A stretch of DNA of 32,596 nt, taken from the IMG/VR virus record IMGVR_UViG_3300044759_000110, positions 1 through 32,596 of that record. The stretch is one strand, 5' to 3'. Source of the stretch: a virus (lineage: Duplodnaviria; Caudoviricetes). Below are positions 1-10,700 of the stretch, in pieces. The notes beneath the pieces were generated by a model, which was not told where the DNA came from, ran no database searches, and worked only from the letters and a program-made list of their open reading frames with translations. Each line of letters begins with the position of its first letter. Positions within the stretch are counted from its first letter, which is position 1. Both the position numbers and the translations under genes were made by a program.

Positions 1-1
1 G

Positions 2-523
2 ATGCGGCACGTGGGATCGGCGCTGGAGCGCGATCAATCACCCGAGACGCTGATGCGTGAGGTGCGCAGCGTACTGGAGAAGATCACGAAGCTGCGGCTG
101 CACATGCTGGTGAACACATCGGTGGTGCGCGCAGTGAACGCAGGCAAGCTGTTCGGCTACGTCGAGAACGGCATCACGCAGGTGGGCATCTCGCCCGAGT
201 GGCTGCCAACACGTGACAGCCACGTGCTGCATGATCGCACGCCGCCGATCATAGGAGGTCGAGCGCCGATCTCTTCACGCACGCAACAGCGACGCGAGCG
301 TGCAGAGCGCAAGTTGCAGGCAGCACTCGAAGAGAGCGGCGTGCAGGTGCTGACCGCAGGCGACGACAAGGTCTGCGATGATTGCAGCGACATCGCAGCG
401 GAAGGTCCATACGACCTCGATGCGGCGCGCGGCTTGATACCGGCACATCCGAACTGCCGGTGCGCGTTCATTCCGTTCGGTGACAAGAGGTTCGCTCCCA
501 TCGAGGAGCAAGAGGAGGAATAA
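2..523 (+). CDS. Phage head morphogenesis protein (MuF/SPP1 gp7-like), probably 5'-truncated by the window edge
   Basis: C-terminal TAGDDKVCDDC...GPY...IPAHPNCRCAFIP motif typical of MuF-family proteins; lies upstream of the head genes. Confidence 0.8.
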   Translation: MRHVGSALERDQSPETLMREVRSVLEKITKLRLHMLVNTSVVRAVNAGKLFGYVENGITQVGISPEWLPTRDSHVLHDRTPPIIGGRAPISSRTQQRRERAERKLQAALEESGVQVLTAGDDKVCDDCSDIAAEGPYDLDAARGLIPAHPNCRCAFIPFGDKRFAPIEEQEEE

Positions 524-745
524 ATGGGACGACGTTTTACGGTGATCGACAACTTCCACAGTGACGAGTTCGAGTGCGATTACGTTGCGGGCCTGAGCTA
601 CGAGGCGCGCGACGAAGACGAGAAGTTGCTGGGCCTGATCGACAAGTGGATCGAGGACGGCAAGGTGCGCGAAGGCGGACCGGAATCCAGCGTGTCCGGC
701 ACTGCGGAGGTGACCGAAGCCGAAGAACCTGAAGCGAAGAAGTAA
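524..745 (+). CDS. Small acidic hypothetical protein (73 aa)
   Basis: ATG immediately after the upstream TAA; GAGGAGG upstream; codon usage matches neighbours. Confidence 0.75.
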   Translation: MGRRFTVIDNFHSDEFECDYVAGLSYEARDEDEKLLGLIDKWIEDGKVREGGPESSVSGTAEVTEAEEPEAKK

Positions 746-787
746 CCCGCGCGCACGCGCATCATCCAACCTCAACAGGAGGCTCTA

Positions 788-1165
788 ATGGCAGTGACCC
801 ACCCGACCGCAGTGCGAACGGCGCTTGCGGATTTCGTTGTTGACCAACTCGACGTGAACACTCCGCCCGGCAAGCTGATCATGCAGACGGCGGCGAACGC
901 GACGGTCGCAACGCTCACGTTTGCCAACCCGGCGTTCGGTGCTGCAGCAACCGGCACGGCGACGGCGAACGCCATCGTCGCCGACACCAACGCAGTGGGC
1001 GGCACCATCGCGAAGGCGGAGCTACGCCAAGGCGGTGGCACACCGATCATCCTGTGCTCGGTCACGACAACGGGCGGCGGTGGCGACATTCAATTGAACT
1101 CGGTTGTGATCTCTGCGGGCCAGCAAGTGTCGCTGACCTCGCTGACCTACGCGGCTCCGGCGTAA
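788..1165 (+). CDS. Small beta-rich virion protein (125 aa), candidate fibre bead subunit
   Basis: Strong SD AGGAGG at 777-782; Ala/Thr/Gly-rich; ends DIQLNSVVISAGQQVSLTSLT; paralogous to 18346..18729. The function is inferred. Confidence 0.75.
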   Translation: MAVTHPTAVRTALADFVVDQLDVNTPPGKLIMQTAANATVATLTFANPAFGAAATGTATANAIVADTNAVGGTIAKAELRQGGGTPIILCSVTTTGGGGDIQLNSVVISAGQQVSLTSLTYAAPA

Positions 1166-1215
1166 CGGCCCCCCTAGCGTTGGAGATGGCGAGCGAGTTG
1201 CGCGGAGGAGAGCCA

Positions 1216-1563
1216 GTGTCTCAACCGCGCAACGTCGTGCCATGCGGCACCTGTCATCTGTGCTGCAGGCTGATGACGCCGGTGCGTCCAGAGATGGGCG
1301 ACGACCCTTCGCAGTACATCACGGCGACATGCTTCACGCCCGGCAAAGCGCCGTACATGATCCTCGACCGTCAAGCGAACGGCGATTGCATCTATCTCAG
1401 CGAGAGCGGCTGCACGATCTGGGAACGCGCGCCGCATGCGTGCAAGCAATTCGATTGCCGCTTGATCTTCAAGAACTCTGATCGCATCGGGCGCAAGCTC
1501 GCGATCAAGAACAACGACATGCCCAAAGCAATCTTCGACAGAGGACGTGAGCTTCTGAAATGA
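1216..1563 (+). CDS. YkgJ-family (CxxCxxCC) cysteine-cluster protein
   Basis: PCGTCHLCC...GDCIYL...GCTIWERAPHACKQFDC; GTG start at 1216 has SD GGAGGAG at 1204-1210 (alternative ATG at 1186). Confidence 0.8.
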   Translation: MSQPRNVVPCGTCHLCCRLMTPVRPEMGDDPSQYITATCFTPGKAPYMILDRQANGDCIYLSESGCTIWERAPHACKQFDCRLIFKNSDRIGRKLAIKNNDMPKAIFDRGRELLK

Positions 1564-1739
1564 ACGAGTGGATCGTGCTTGACCCAGAACCGGATGTGGC
1601 TATCGCCACCGGCTTCGCCGAAAGCGAAGACGCGGTGACGTGGGTTGCGCGCGCGCTCGAAGAGACGACCGATGAAGATCGCATCGCGATGCTGAAGCGC
1701 TGCGTTGTCGCGCCACATGATCCTGCGAGGGATTCCTGA
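1560..1739 (+). CDS. Small acidic hypothetical protein (59 aa), absent from the ORF track
   Basis: MNEWIVLDPEPDVAIATGFAESEDAVTWVARALEETTDEDRIAMLKRCVVAPHDPARDS; ATGA overlap upstream and TGATG overlap with the giant gene. Confidence 0.7.
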   Translation: MNEWIVLDPEPDVAIATGFAESEDAVTWVARALEETTDEDRIAMLKRCVVAPHDPARDS

Positions 1740-4700
1740 TGGGCACGATTGCCGAGTTCACCAACGGCACTGGCGCGGCCGGGCTTGTGAACCCGACGAC
1801 GCGCGCGGGTCAGGAATTTCTGACGCCCGGCTACGCGACCGAGACCAACGCCGTGATGCTTCAGTTGATGCGAAGCGGCACGCCGACCGACAATTACATC
1901 GCAGAACTGTGGAGCATGAGCGGGCCGGGCGGGACGCCGGTCGAGCTTCTCCGAACGTCGCGACCTCTTGCGATTGCCACGGTCGTAACAGGAAACCCCA
2001 CGCTGTTCGGGCCATTCGTGTTCGACGTGCCGTTGTCGCTTGCAGCGTCCACGACATATCTGGTCGCGCTCAGGCGAGAATCGGTAACCGATTCCGGCAA
2101 CTACATCAGCATCGGATCGAACACCGCGAGCGGGTATGCGAACGGTCGCTCGTACTCGCACAACGGCACCGCTTGGAATATCGGGTCCGCTGTCACCGAT
2201 TACGGATTCAGAATCCTAGAGACCATCGTTCCCAGCTTCTCGACAAGCATCCCGATGGTGGGACCGTTCAAGACATCGAACGGTCCGCCGCTGGCGCAGA
2301 GCGTTGTCACCACGGCTAGTTTCCAGATCGGCTACACCACCACCGGTTCGCAGTGGGCAGGGCAAACCTTCACGCCTGCCACCGGATTTACGCTCACTGC
2401 GATCTCGCTGTGGCTGTCGCGCATCACGCCAGCGCCGACCTACGGCATCCTGATCACGATCCGGTCGCTCTCTCCAACGGGCACGATCCTCGCCACATCG
2501 GACACCGTCGCGCCCGCCACGGTGGGGAGTGCCAAGAGCTACATCAGGTTCGAGTTTCCATCGGGCTTCACGTTTCAGGCGGGCGTTACCTACGCGATAC
2601 GGGTGCAGACGGTCTCGCTGCAAGCTGGCTACGGCTACAACGCAGGCGGCTCGAACACCGATGTGTTTCCCGGCGAGGGCTCAAACGACAACGGTGAGAC
2701 GGGCGGCGATCTCGGCTTCGTCATGCACGGTGCGTCCACCGACATGTACTACGCTGCGGGCGTAGACGATAACGGCACCACGATCAGGTTTATCAAATCG
2801 AGTGATCCGACCGCTGGGTGGACAACCACGGCTTCGGTCCCCTTGGGCGTACCGTGCACGTCGCTGTCAGCGTATCAGCAAGGCGACACCGTCCACTTCG
2901 TCTACGGCTACTCGAACGCGGGCAATGCGTTCTTGGCCTACCAGAGCCTCGATATGACGCTCGGCGGATTGTCCGGAAACGCCGAGACGATCCTGAACGG
3001 CGTGATCACGACCGGGCAGTTGGGCGCGCTGCAGCATAGTGCTTCGGTGGTCGTGCGCTCGAACGGCGAAGTGGTCGTGCTGCACAATGGCGTGCAGACC
3101 AAGACATCGGGCACCTACCGCGCGCGCGTCTATCACACGCGGCGAACTGCGGTGAACACGTGGTCCGCTCCTGTACAGTGCGATTCGAATACGGCTGGCG
3201 ATTTCGTGGTTCGCGAAAGCGTGCTTGGCGCAGGCGATGTCGTCCACTTGTTCTGGTTCAACCAGACCATCGGACAGGGGCTATCGCGAACGCTCAGCGC
3301 GGCCAATGCACTAAGCACCGTGGTCGATTGCGGATCGGTTGGCACCAGCACCTACGATTATGCAGCGGACGCGCTGGTCGAGGGTGCGAACACGCGGGTC
3401 GCTTACGCCTACGGCAACAGCACCAGCAACAACATCGGGCGCTTTCTCAGCGCCGCAGCGCCGTCGTTCACCACCGGCTCACAACTTCCGGCAGGCGCGG
3501 CGCAGCCTGCAAGGCTAAGGCACGACGGCACTGATTTCTGGGTGTTCTTCCGCAACTCGGCGGGCAGCGCTGTCAACGTCGCGAAATCCGTGAACTACGG
3601 GCAGACGTGGGATTCGCCCGCCACGTCGCTTGTCGCTGCGGTCCCGGCATCGCGTGCTTCGCTATCAAGAGACGGAGCAATTTATCAGTACGGTTCTTCC
3701 ATCGTCATCCCGTACTTCGTCGTCGATGGCAGCACATGGAGATACAACCAGCACGTTGCTCGCTATATCGCGCAGGCGGATGCGTGGAACGTCAACGACA
3801 AGAGCACTGGCGTCACCTTGTCGAACGGCGACAAGACAGCGACCACTTCAAACGGCAGCCAATATCTACGCTCGACCCAAGGCAACCCATCGGCGACAGC
3901 GGCAAAACTCTACGCCGAGTTCAAGAAAGAACTCGGCACATCGTCGCTGACGGTGGGATTCGCGGATGGTGATTCCACGCTGGCGAACGCCGCTGCACTG
4001 GCAGCCACACTCAACATCAACCACCTGTCCCAGAACGGTGGCAAGATTTTTATTAACTCCGTCGATACCGGAGTAAACATCGGCACCTTTGCGAACGGTG
4101 ATGTCGCTTGCGGCGCGTGGGATACTTCAGCCAAGCTGGTCTGGTTTCGGAAAAACGGCGGGCTGTGGAATAACAGTGCGACAGCCGATCCGGCGACGGG
4201 CGTCGGGGGCATCAGCTTCCCCACGCCACCAACGAACAGCAAGTTGCTCGGCGTCATAATAAACTCTGGCGATTCGCTGAGTGTTCGCACTGAGGTCGCC
4301 GATTACACGCTCGCTCCACCGATTGGATTCAAATCGTGGATGGGCGAGATCATCCCGACCGCTGGTGCGTGGAACGTCAGTGACAAAGACGCATCGCTCT
4401 CGCTCAGTGGTAGCGACAAGATCGTAACGTCGAGTGTGACGCAATCGCAGGCTATTCGCTCGACCAGAACGATCCCCCTTGGGGCCGCAGAAAAATACTA
4501 CGCAGAATACTTGCAGGACAATTACGTCACCGATCATGCTTTCGGTATCAAGCAAACTGGCAACGCCTTAAATATTATCAACAACGGCTGCGCCATCCTC
4601 TCGCAGATGGGCAATGTCCTCGTTGATAACGTCTCTCAGGGATCGTTTTCTGGATCGCCGTCAGCCCTCGTAGACGGAGATATTTACAGCGTCGCTTGGA

Positions 4701-7700
4701 ATGTCCCTGCCAAACTTATCTGGTTTCGAAAGAACGCCCTTAACTGGAACAACAACGCCAGCGCTAATCCGGCGACAGGTGTAGGTGGATATTCGACAGC
4801 GGCCTTCCCCGCCGCAAACTATGCGCTGTTCGCCCAGTTGAGCGGAGTAGCGAGCAAGGGAACGCTCCGCACAGAGAAGGCAGAGTTCACTCTACCGACA
4901 CCGGTTGGCTTCCTGTCGTGGATGGGTGAGACGCTCGTCATCCCCGACATGGGCACGCTGACATGCGGTGCAGCGAGTGTCTCAGGCGTTGGTGCAGCAA
5001 CGCATCACGGCACCGGCACGCTCACTGCGCAGAGCGTCTCGCTCGTCAACCCGGGCGGCATCTCCGGATCGACCGGCACCGGCGCGCTGACGGCGCTGTG
5101 GACCGCGCCTGTATCAGCCAACACGATCCTGAACTCCGAAGAATTTGACAACGCCGCATGGTCGAAGACCAACGCGACAGTAACAGCCAATGCTGTCACG
5201 GCACCGAACAGTACGCTGACAGCCGATCAAATCTTCGACGACGCGGTGGCGTCTGGCGGTCACGCCGTTTCGATGTCGCGACCGACGGTCGCCGGTCAGC
5301 CGCACACGTTGTCGGTCTACGCCAAGGCTGGCACGCGCGGCTTCATCAGGCTGTCTCTCAGCGGCGGCACGTACTATTCGGTCTTCGATCTCAACGCCGG
5401 AACGCTGGGCCTCACGTCGGGGCTGACATCAAGGAATATCGAAGCGGTCGGCGGCGGCTGGTATCGATGTTCGATCACGATCACCATTGCCGGTGCGAGC
5501 GTCACCAACACTATCGCGTTGATGCCCGCCAACCAAGTGAACCCGAACTATGCTGGCGATGGCAGTTCGCTTTATCTCTGGGGCGTGCAGCTAGAACAAG
5601 CATCCGCTGCAAGCGCCTACACAAAACCGGCTGGCAGCGAGATCAGCCCGCTCACCGGCGTTGGCACCGCAAGCTGGAACGCGACAGGTGCGCTGCCTGC
5701 GGGAATTGCCGCCGCGTCTGGCATTGGCGAGGTCACGACGCCGCCAGCTATCGGCGTCGGCGTGCTGACGACAGGCGTTGCAGACCTCGATGCGTTCGGC
5801 AATGTGCGCTCGACCGGCTCTGGTGCAGGCGGTCCAGCCACCATCGAGATCAGCGGCACCTCGACGGAAACCGATTGGGGCAATCAGGCTTTCGGCCTTC
5901 ACCGCATCGGACAGACCTTCCTCTCTGTCGCCGCGCGCATCGACAAGATCGCCGTGCCGCTGGGCAGGCTTGGTAGCCCGACGGACGACGTGGTCGTGAA
6001 GGTCTACGCGGTAGACGCGCAGCATTATCCAGCCACGTTGCTCGGCACATCGAACGCAGTGGCGGGGATGTCTCTCGCCGACAATTCAACGCCGACGGTC
6101 GAGTTCACATTCACGCCGCAGATCGCGGTGACGAACGGCACCGAGTATGCGTGGGTGCTGGAGCGCACCGGCGCGCTCGACGACAGCAACGAATTTTTGA
6201 CGCGGCTGGTTGACCCGCCGACCTACTCCGGCGGCAAGGCGATCTATTACAACGCAGGTGTGTGGGGCGATGTCGGCCCTTACGACATGCTCTGCACCAT
6301 CAGCCAGTACACCGTTGGCGGCTTGCAGCCCGCGAGCGCGTCGCTGTCAGGTGTTGGTATCTCGCGCATCGTGATGACCGGCGCGCTGGTGCAGGGCGCT
6401 GGCGAGATCACCGGCGTAGGCTTCTCCGGCGCGACCTCGACCTCGACGTTGCTGCAGGCAAGGATGATGCCGCTCACATTGGGCGGCGGCATCTCGTCAT
6501 CGACCGGTGGATCAACGCGCACGTCAGAAATCGCTATCGACGGCGCGCGTACCACGTACGTGTTCGGCACCTCCCCGCAGCCGCGTGTCGGACAGAACTT
6601 CGTCTCGCAGGGCGAGGTGCTCACCAGCGTCACGGTCTACGTCTCGAAGAACGCAGCACCGACCGATTCTCTGCGTGTAAAGATTCAGAGCGTCGATGCC
6701 GCTCATTTGCCAAGTAGCGCTCTGGTCGTACAATCGCTTTACATCACCGGGTCAACGCTGCCGACCGGCGCGCCGGTAGCTCGCACGTTCACGTTCAGCA
6801 CGCCGGTCTATCTCCAGAAGGGAATCGAGTACTGCGTTATTGTCGAGCGCACTAGCTCCGCGAACGCCACCAACAACTACAACATCAGCGCGACCACGAA
6901 CGTCTATGCGCCAGCCTCCTTCCTGTACATGTCCACGAGCACGTGGTTGCTCGACGACACGCGCGATCTCGTGGTCTCCATCTCTCAGATCGAAGGCGGA
7001 TTGTTCTCGGCTCGCGGCTCGATCAACGGCGCGGGCATCGGTCCGGCGTGGGTCGGCACCGGCGCGCTTGGCCCGTCACTGCCGCCGCTGCCTGATCCGA
7101 TCACGCTTGGCGCGACGATCAGTATCGATTTCCTCAAGCGCACGGGATGGGTGCAGGGCGTTGGCAACGTCGGCATCGAGACCTTGCTCGGCAACGATCC
7201 GAACTACACTAGCTCAGTAACCGGCTACGACCCGCTGGGGATCACGCAGTGGGGATATAACCATCGCAAGGGTGCGCTTCAGCAACTACCGGCGTTCATC
7301 GGAGCGCTGCGTGATCAGGTGCTCGCTGGCAACTCGGTGATCATCAAGTTTCAATCGGACGATCAGCCCTTCGGAGAGTACGAAGAAGAGTTCGACCTCG
7401 ACATCATGAACACCGGCAATGATCGGTGGGCGTGGGTCGCCGCGCAGGGAGATTACGTTTCCTCCGGCATGTACTGGGATTTCGGCCCGGAGTTGGGGCC
7501 GGGTGCTTGGTTCTTCTCACCGCTGCCCGGGCTGATCAATTCGTTCGGCCTCACCTTCCACAAGGGGCAGAACCGGTTTGAGACCGCCGCCAACAATGTG
7601 ATGTCTGCGGGCTCGGCGATTCTCGGCGAGAACAACGCGCCAGCCGCGAACCCGATGCGCACCGTGATACTTTCGGCGTGGGGCGCGATTGCTTCGATCA

Positions 7701-10700
7701 CCGTATTCAACACGCTGTCGCTTGCGGAGTTGCAGGCGCAAACGGTGCAGCGTATCTACAACGGCGATCCTATCCCGTCGCCGATTGCTGGTGTCGGCGT
7801 CGCGCACTACGTTGCGACCGGCGCGTTCGTCACCGCTCGATCCATTGTTGCTGGCGCTGGTCTCGTGCAGCACGCTGCATCCGGCACGATGCCTGCGCAG
7901 ATCGCATCGCTTGCAGGCGTCGGCACCTCGTCGTCGGCTGGCACTGCGGCGCTGCCGTGGATCACACCAGCGTTGCCGCCCGACGCAATCATCAACGTCG
8001 ATTTCCTGACGAACAAGGGATTCGTTGCAGGCACCGGCGAGGTGGGCATCGAGACCTTGATCGGCTCCGATCCGGAAACAGAGTGGGCACTCGGCCCGAC
8101 GGAGTACGATCCGGCGTACGTCACGCAGTACGGATACGAGCCATATCGCAAGCCGGGCGAAGTGATGCCCGCGATGATCGGCGCGCTGAAGACCGCAGCG
8201 CTCGGCGGCAAATCGATTGTCATCAAATTCCAGACGCCACCGTCGCCGCCCGCGAGCAATTGGGTCAACGTCTACTTGATGAAATCGATGGGCTTCGACG
8301 GGCCTTTCTGTGAAGGCTTCCCGGTCCAATCGAACTTCGGCACCAGCAAGTGGCAGCAACAGATCGGCGATGGCGCGTGGACCGCGCGCGCTCCGGGCAA
8401 CATCAACGCTCTCGGCTTCAACGTCGTCGGCCCGCAAGCTACCGGGCGAATGGATTTCGCTGCAGGCAATTTCGGTTCGGGGACGCATGCGTTCTCGGCG
8501 GCGGATTGGTCTGGTCCTCTCGCGCTTGCGATGATCATTACGTACGAGGCGATCACCTCGATCACGGTCTATGAGACGCTTGCGCTTCCTGCGCTGCAGG
8601 CGAAGACCGCGCGCACACTGCAGGTCGCGACAGGCTCGTTGAACTACGCGACGATGACCGGTCTCGGTTCTGCGGTCACCGGCGTCGGCGGCACAGGTGC
8701 CTTCATTCCGGCAGACGCGATTGCTGCAGGCGCTGGCATCTCCGGCACCTATGGCGGCACCGGTGTGCTCACCTCGAACGCATCGCTCGCTGGCGTCGGC
8801 AAAGTGATCGCAACAGGCAGCGGCGCGCTTGTTGTCCCGGGTGTTGCGGCGATGGCTGGCGTCGGCGTCGTCCGCGCGGTCGGCACCGCAGCGCTGAATG
8901 CACAGGCTGCGGTCGCCGTCGGCGCAGGCATCGCGCGTCACGTTGCAACAGGCACGATGCCGTCAACGTACGCGACGCTCGCTGCCGCTGGCTCTGTCGT
9001 CGCTGGACCCGAAGGCACCGGCACCTTCGTTGCGCAGGTCGCGAAGGTCGTTGCATCTGGCGTCGCGCATCACATCGCGACCGGCGCGCTTGTCGATCAG
9101 GTGGCGTCGATCACCTCGACCGGCAACGTGCGATGGAGCGGCACCGGCGCAATGCCCGCAGGCGTCGCGGCTGTTGCTGGCGCAGGCGTCTCGTCTTCGA
9201 GCGTGACAGCGGCGAGCTTGCTTGCGGCGCGTTCGCAGGTCGAGGGCTGGGAAGGCGTTGCGATCATCGCTGGCACCGGCGCGCTGGTCGCTCAATCGCA
9301 TACGCTCGCATCGTCGGGCGGCGTTCTCACTTCCGGCACGGGCGCGTTGCTCGATCAGGCGAGCGCTCTTGCTGGCGCTGGTCTCTCTAGATCGCTGGGC
9401 ACCGGTGCACCGATCTCGCAGGCCAGCGTAATTTCCGGCGCTGGCGTCTCGTCTGTGGCAGGCGCTGGCGCGATCATCCCGACGACGGCGGCTGTCGTCT
9501 CCGGCGCTGGCATCATCATCCCGGCTCCGTCAGGGACCGGCGCGCTGTCGTCGGGCGTGTCGCGCGTTACGGCTTTCGGCGTTGTCGAGCGCGTCATGAC
9601 CGGCGTGCTCGTCGCGCAGAATCGCGTGATGTCGAGCACGGGCGGCGTGAGCCGAACGGTCGGCACCGGCGCGATTCTTGGGACAGAGGCGGCGGCTGCA
9701 GGTGTCGCGGTCGGCACCTCGCGCGGCACCGGCGCACTGGTCACGGTCTCCACTCTCGCAGGCGCGGGCGTGTCGCGCGTCGAGGGTGCAGGCGCGCTGT
9801 CGAGTGGCGTGGCAGCGGTCGCTGGCACGGCGGTTGCGACGCAACTCGGCAACGGCGCGCTGACCGCATCGAGCGCTGCGGTCTCCGGCGCTGGCTTCGT
9901 GCAGCACGTTGTCGTATCGGCGGCGCTGGCTGCGCAGGCGGCTCAGGTCACGGCTGGCGGTCTGTCGTCCTCCACGGCAACCGCTCCCCTGCAGGCGTCG
10001 CGCTCGACCGTGCAGGGCGTCCAAGGCGTCATGATCGGCTTGGGCGTCGGCGACCTGCAGGCTCAATCCCGGCTGATGGCGGGCGCTGGTCTGGTCAGGG
10101 CTATCGGCACGGGTTCACTTTCCGTTGCTGATTCGTCCACCGTGAACGCCGTAGGGGAAAGCGATTCATCTGGCAGCGGCGTGCTGGGATGTTCGCCGTC
10201 GATCATAGAAGCCACCGGCAAGGGGGATATCGAGGGCACCGGTGAGCTTGAAGCCGCCGGGGCTGTCCTTGCCTCAACCGGCGGATCGGTGCGCTGGGCG
10301 GGCACCGGTGAGCTTGAGGCGCAGGATCGCAAGGTCGTCGGCATCGGGCGGGCCATCGCCACCGGCACCGGCGCGCTGCAGCTTCCGACCGTCGCCACGG
10401 TCACCGGCACCGGCACGACCTCGTCGCGCGGCTTCGGCAACATGACCTCGAAGCGCGCCACCATCTACGGCACGGCGTTCCTTTCGACGTTGGGCTCCGG
10501 CGAGCTTCAGGCTCAGAACCGCAAGCTGACCGGCGTCGGCAGGGTGATCGCGACCGGCACCGGCATCCTGCGGCAGGCGCGTCCGGACCTCGACGGCGAG
10601 GGTCTCTCGTTCTCGCGGGGCACCGGACAGATCAAGCCAAGGTCGGCGCAGATACATGCGTTCGGCGTCGAGACCGCGTACGGCGAAGGCGATCTCGTCT

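Noticed and set aside
1054-1215. Upstream ORF-track starts (1054, 10852, 13906, 20579, 23322, 27706, 29586, 30058)
   Set aside because: They overlap upstream genes extensively; downstream starts have an SD, a stop-start overlap or directly follow the upstream stop
7517-8941. Long minus-strand ORFs (also 12786-14021, 19184-20356, 23436-24737, 25869-26966, 30990-32294)
   Set aside because: They are antisense shadows of high-GC plus-strand genes, are Arg/Ala-rich and show no recognisable motifs
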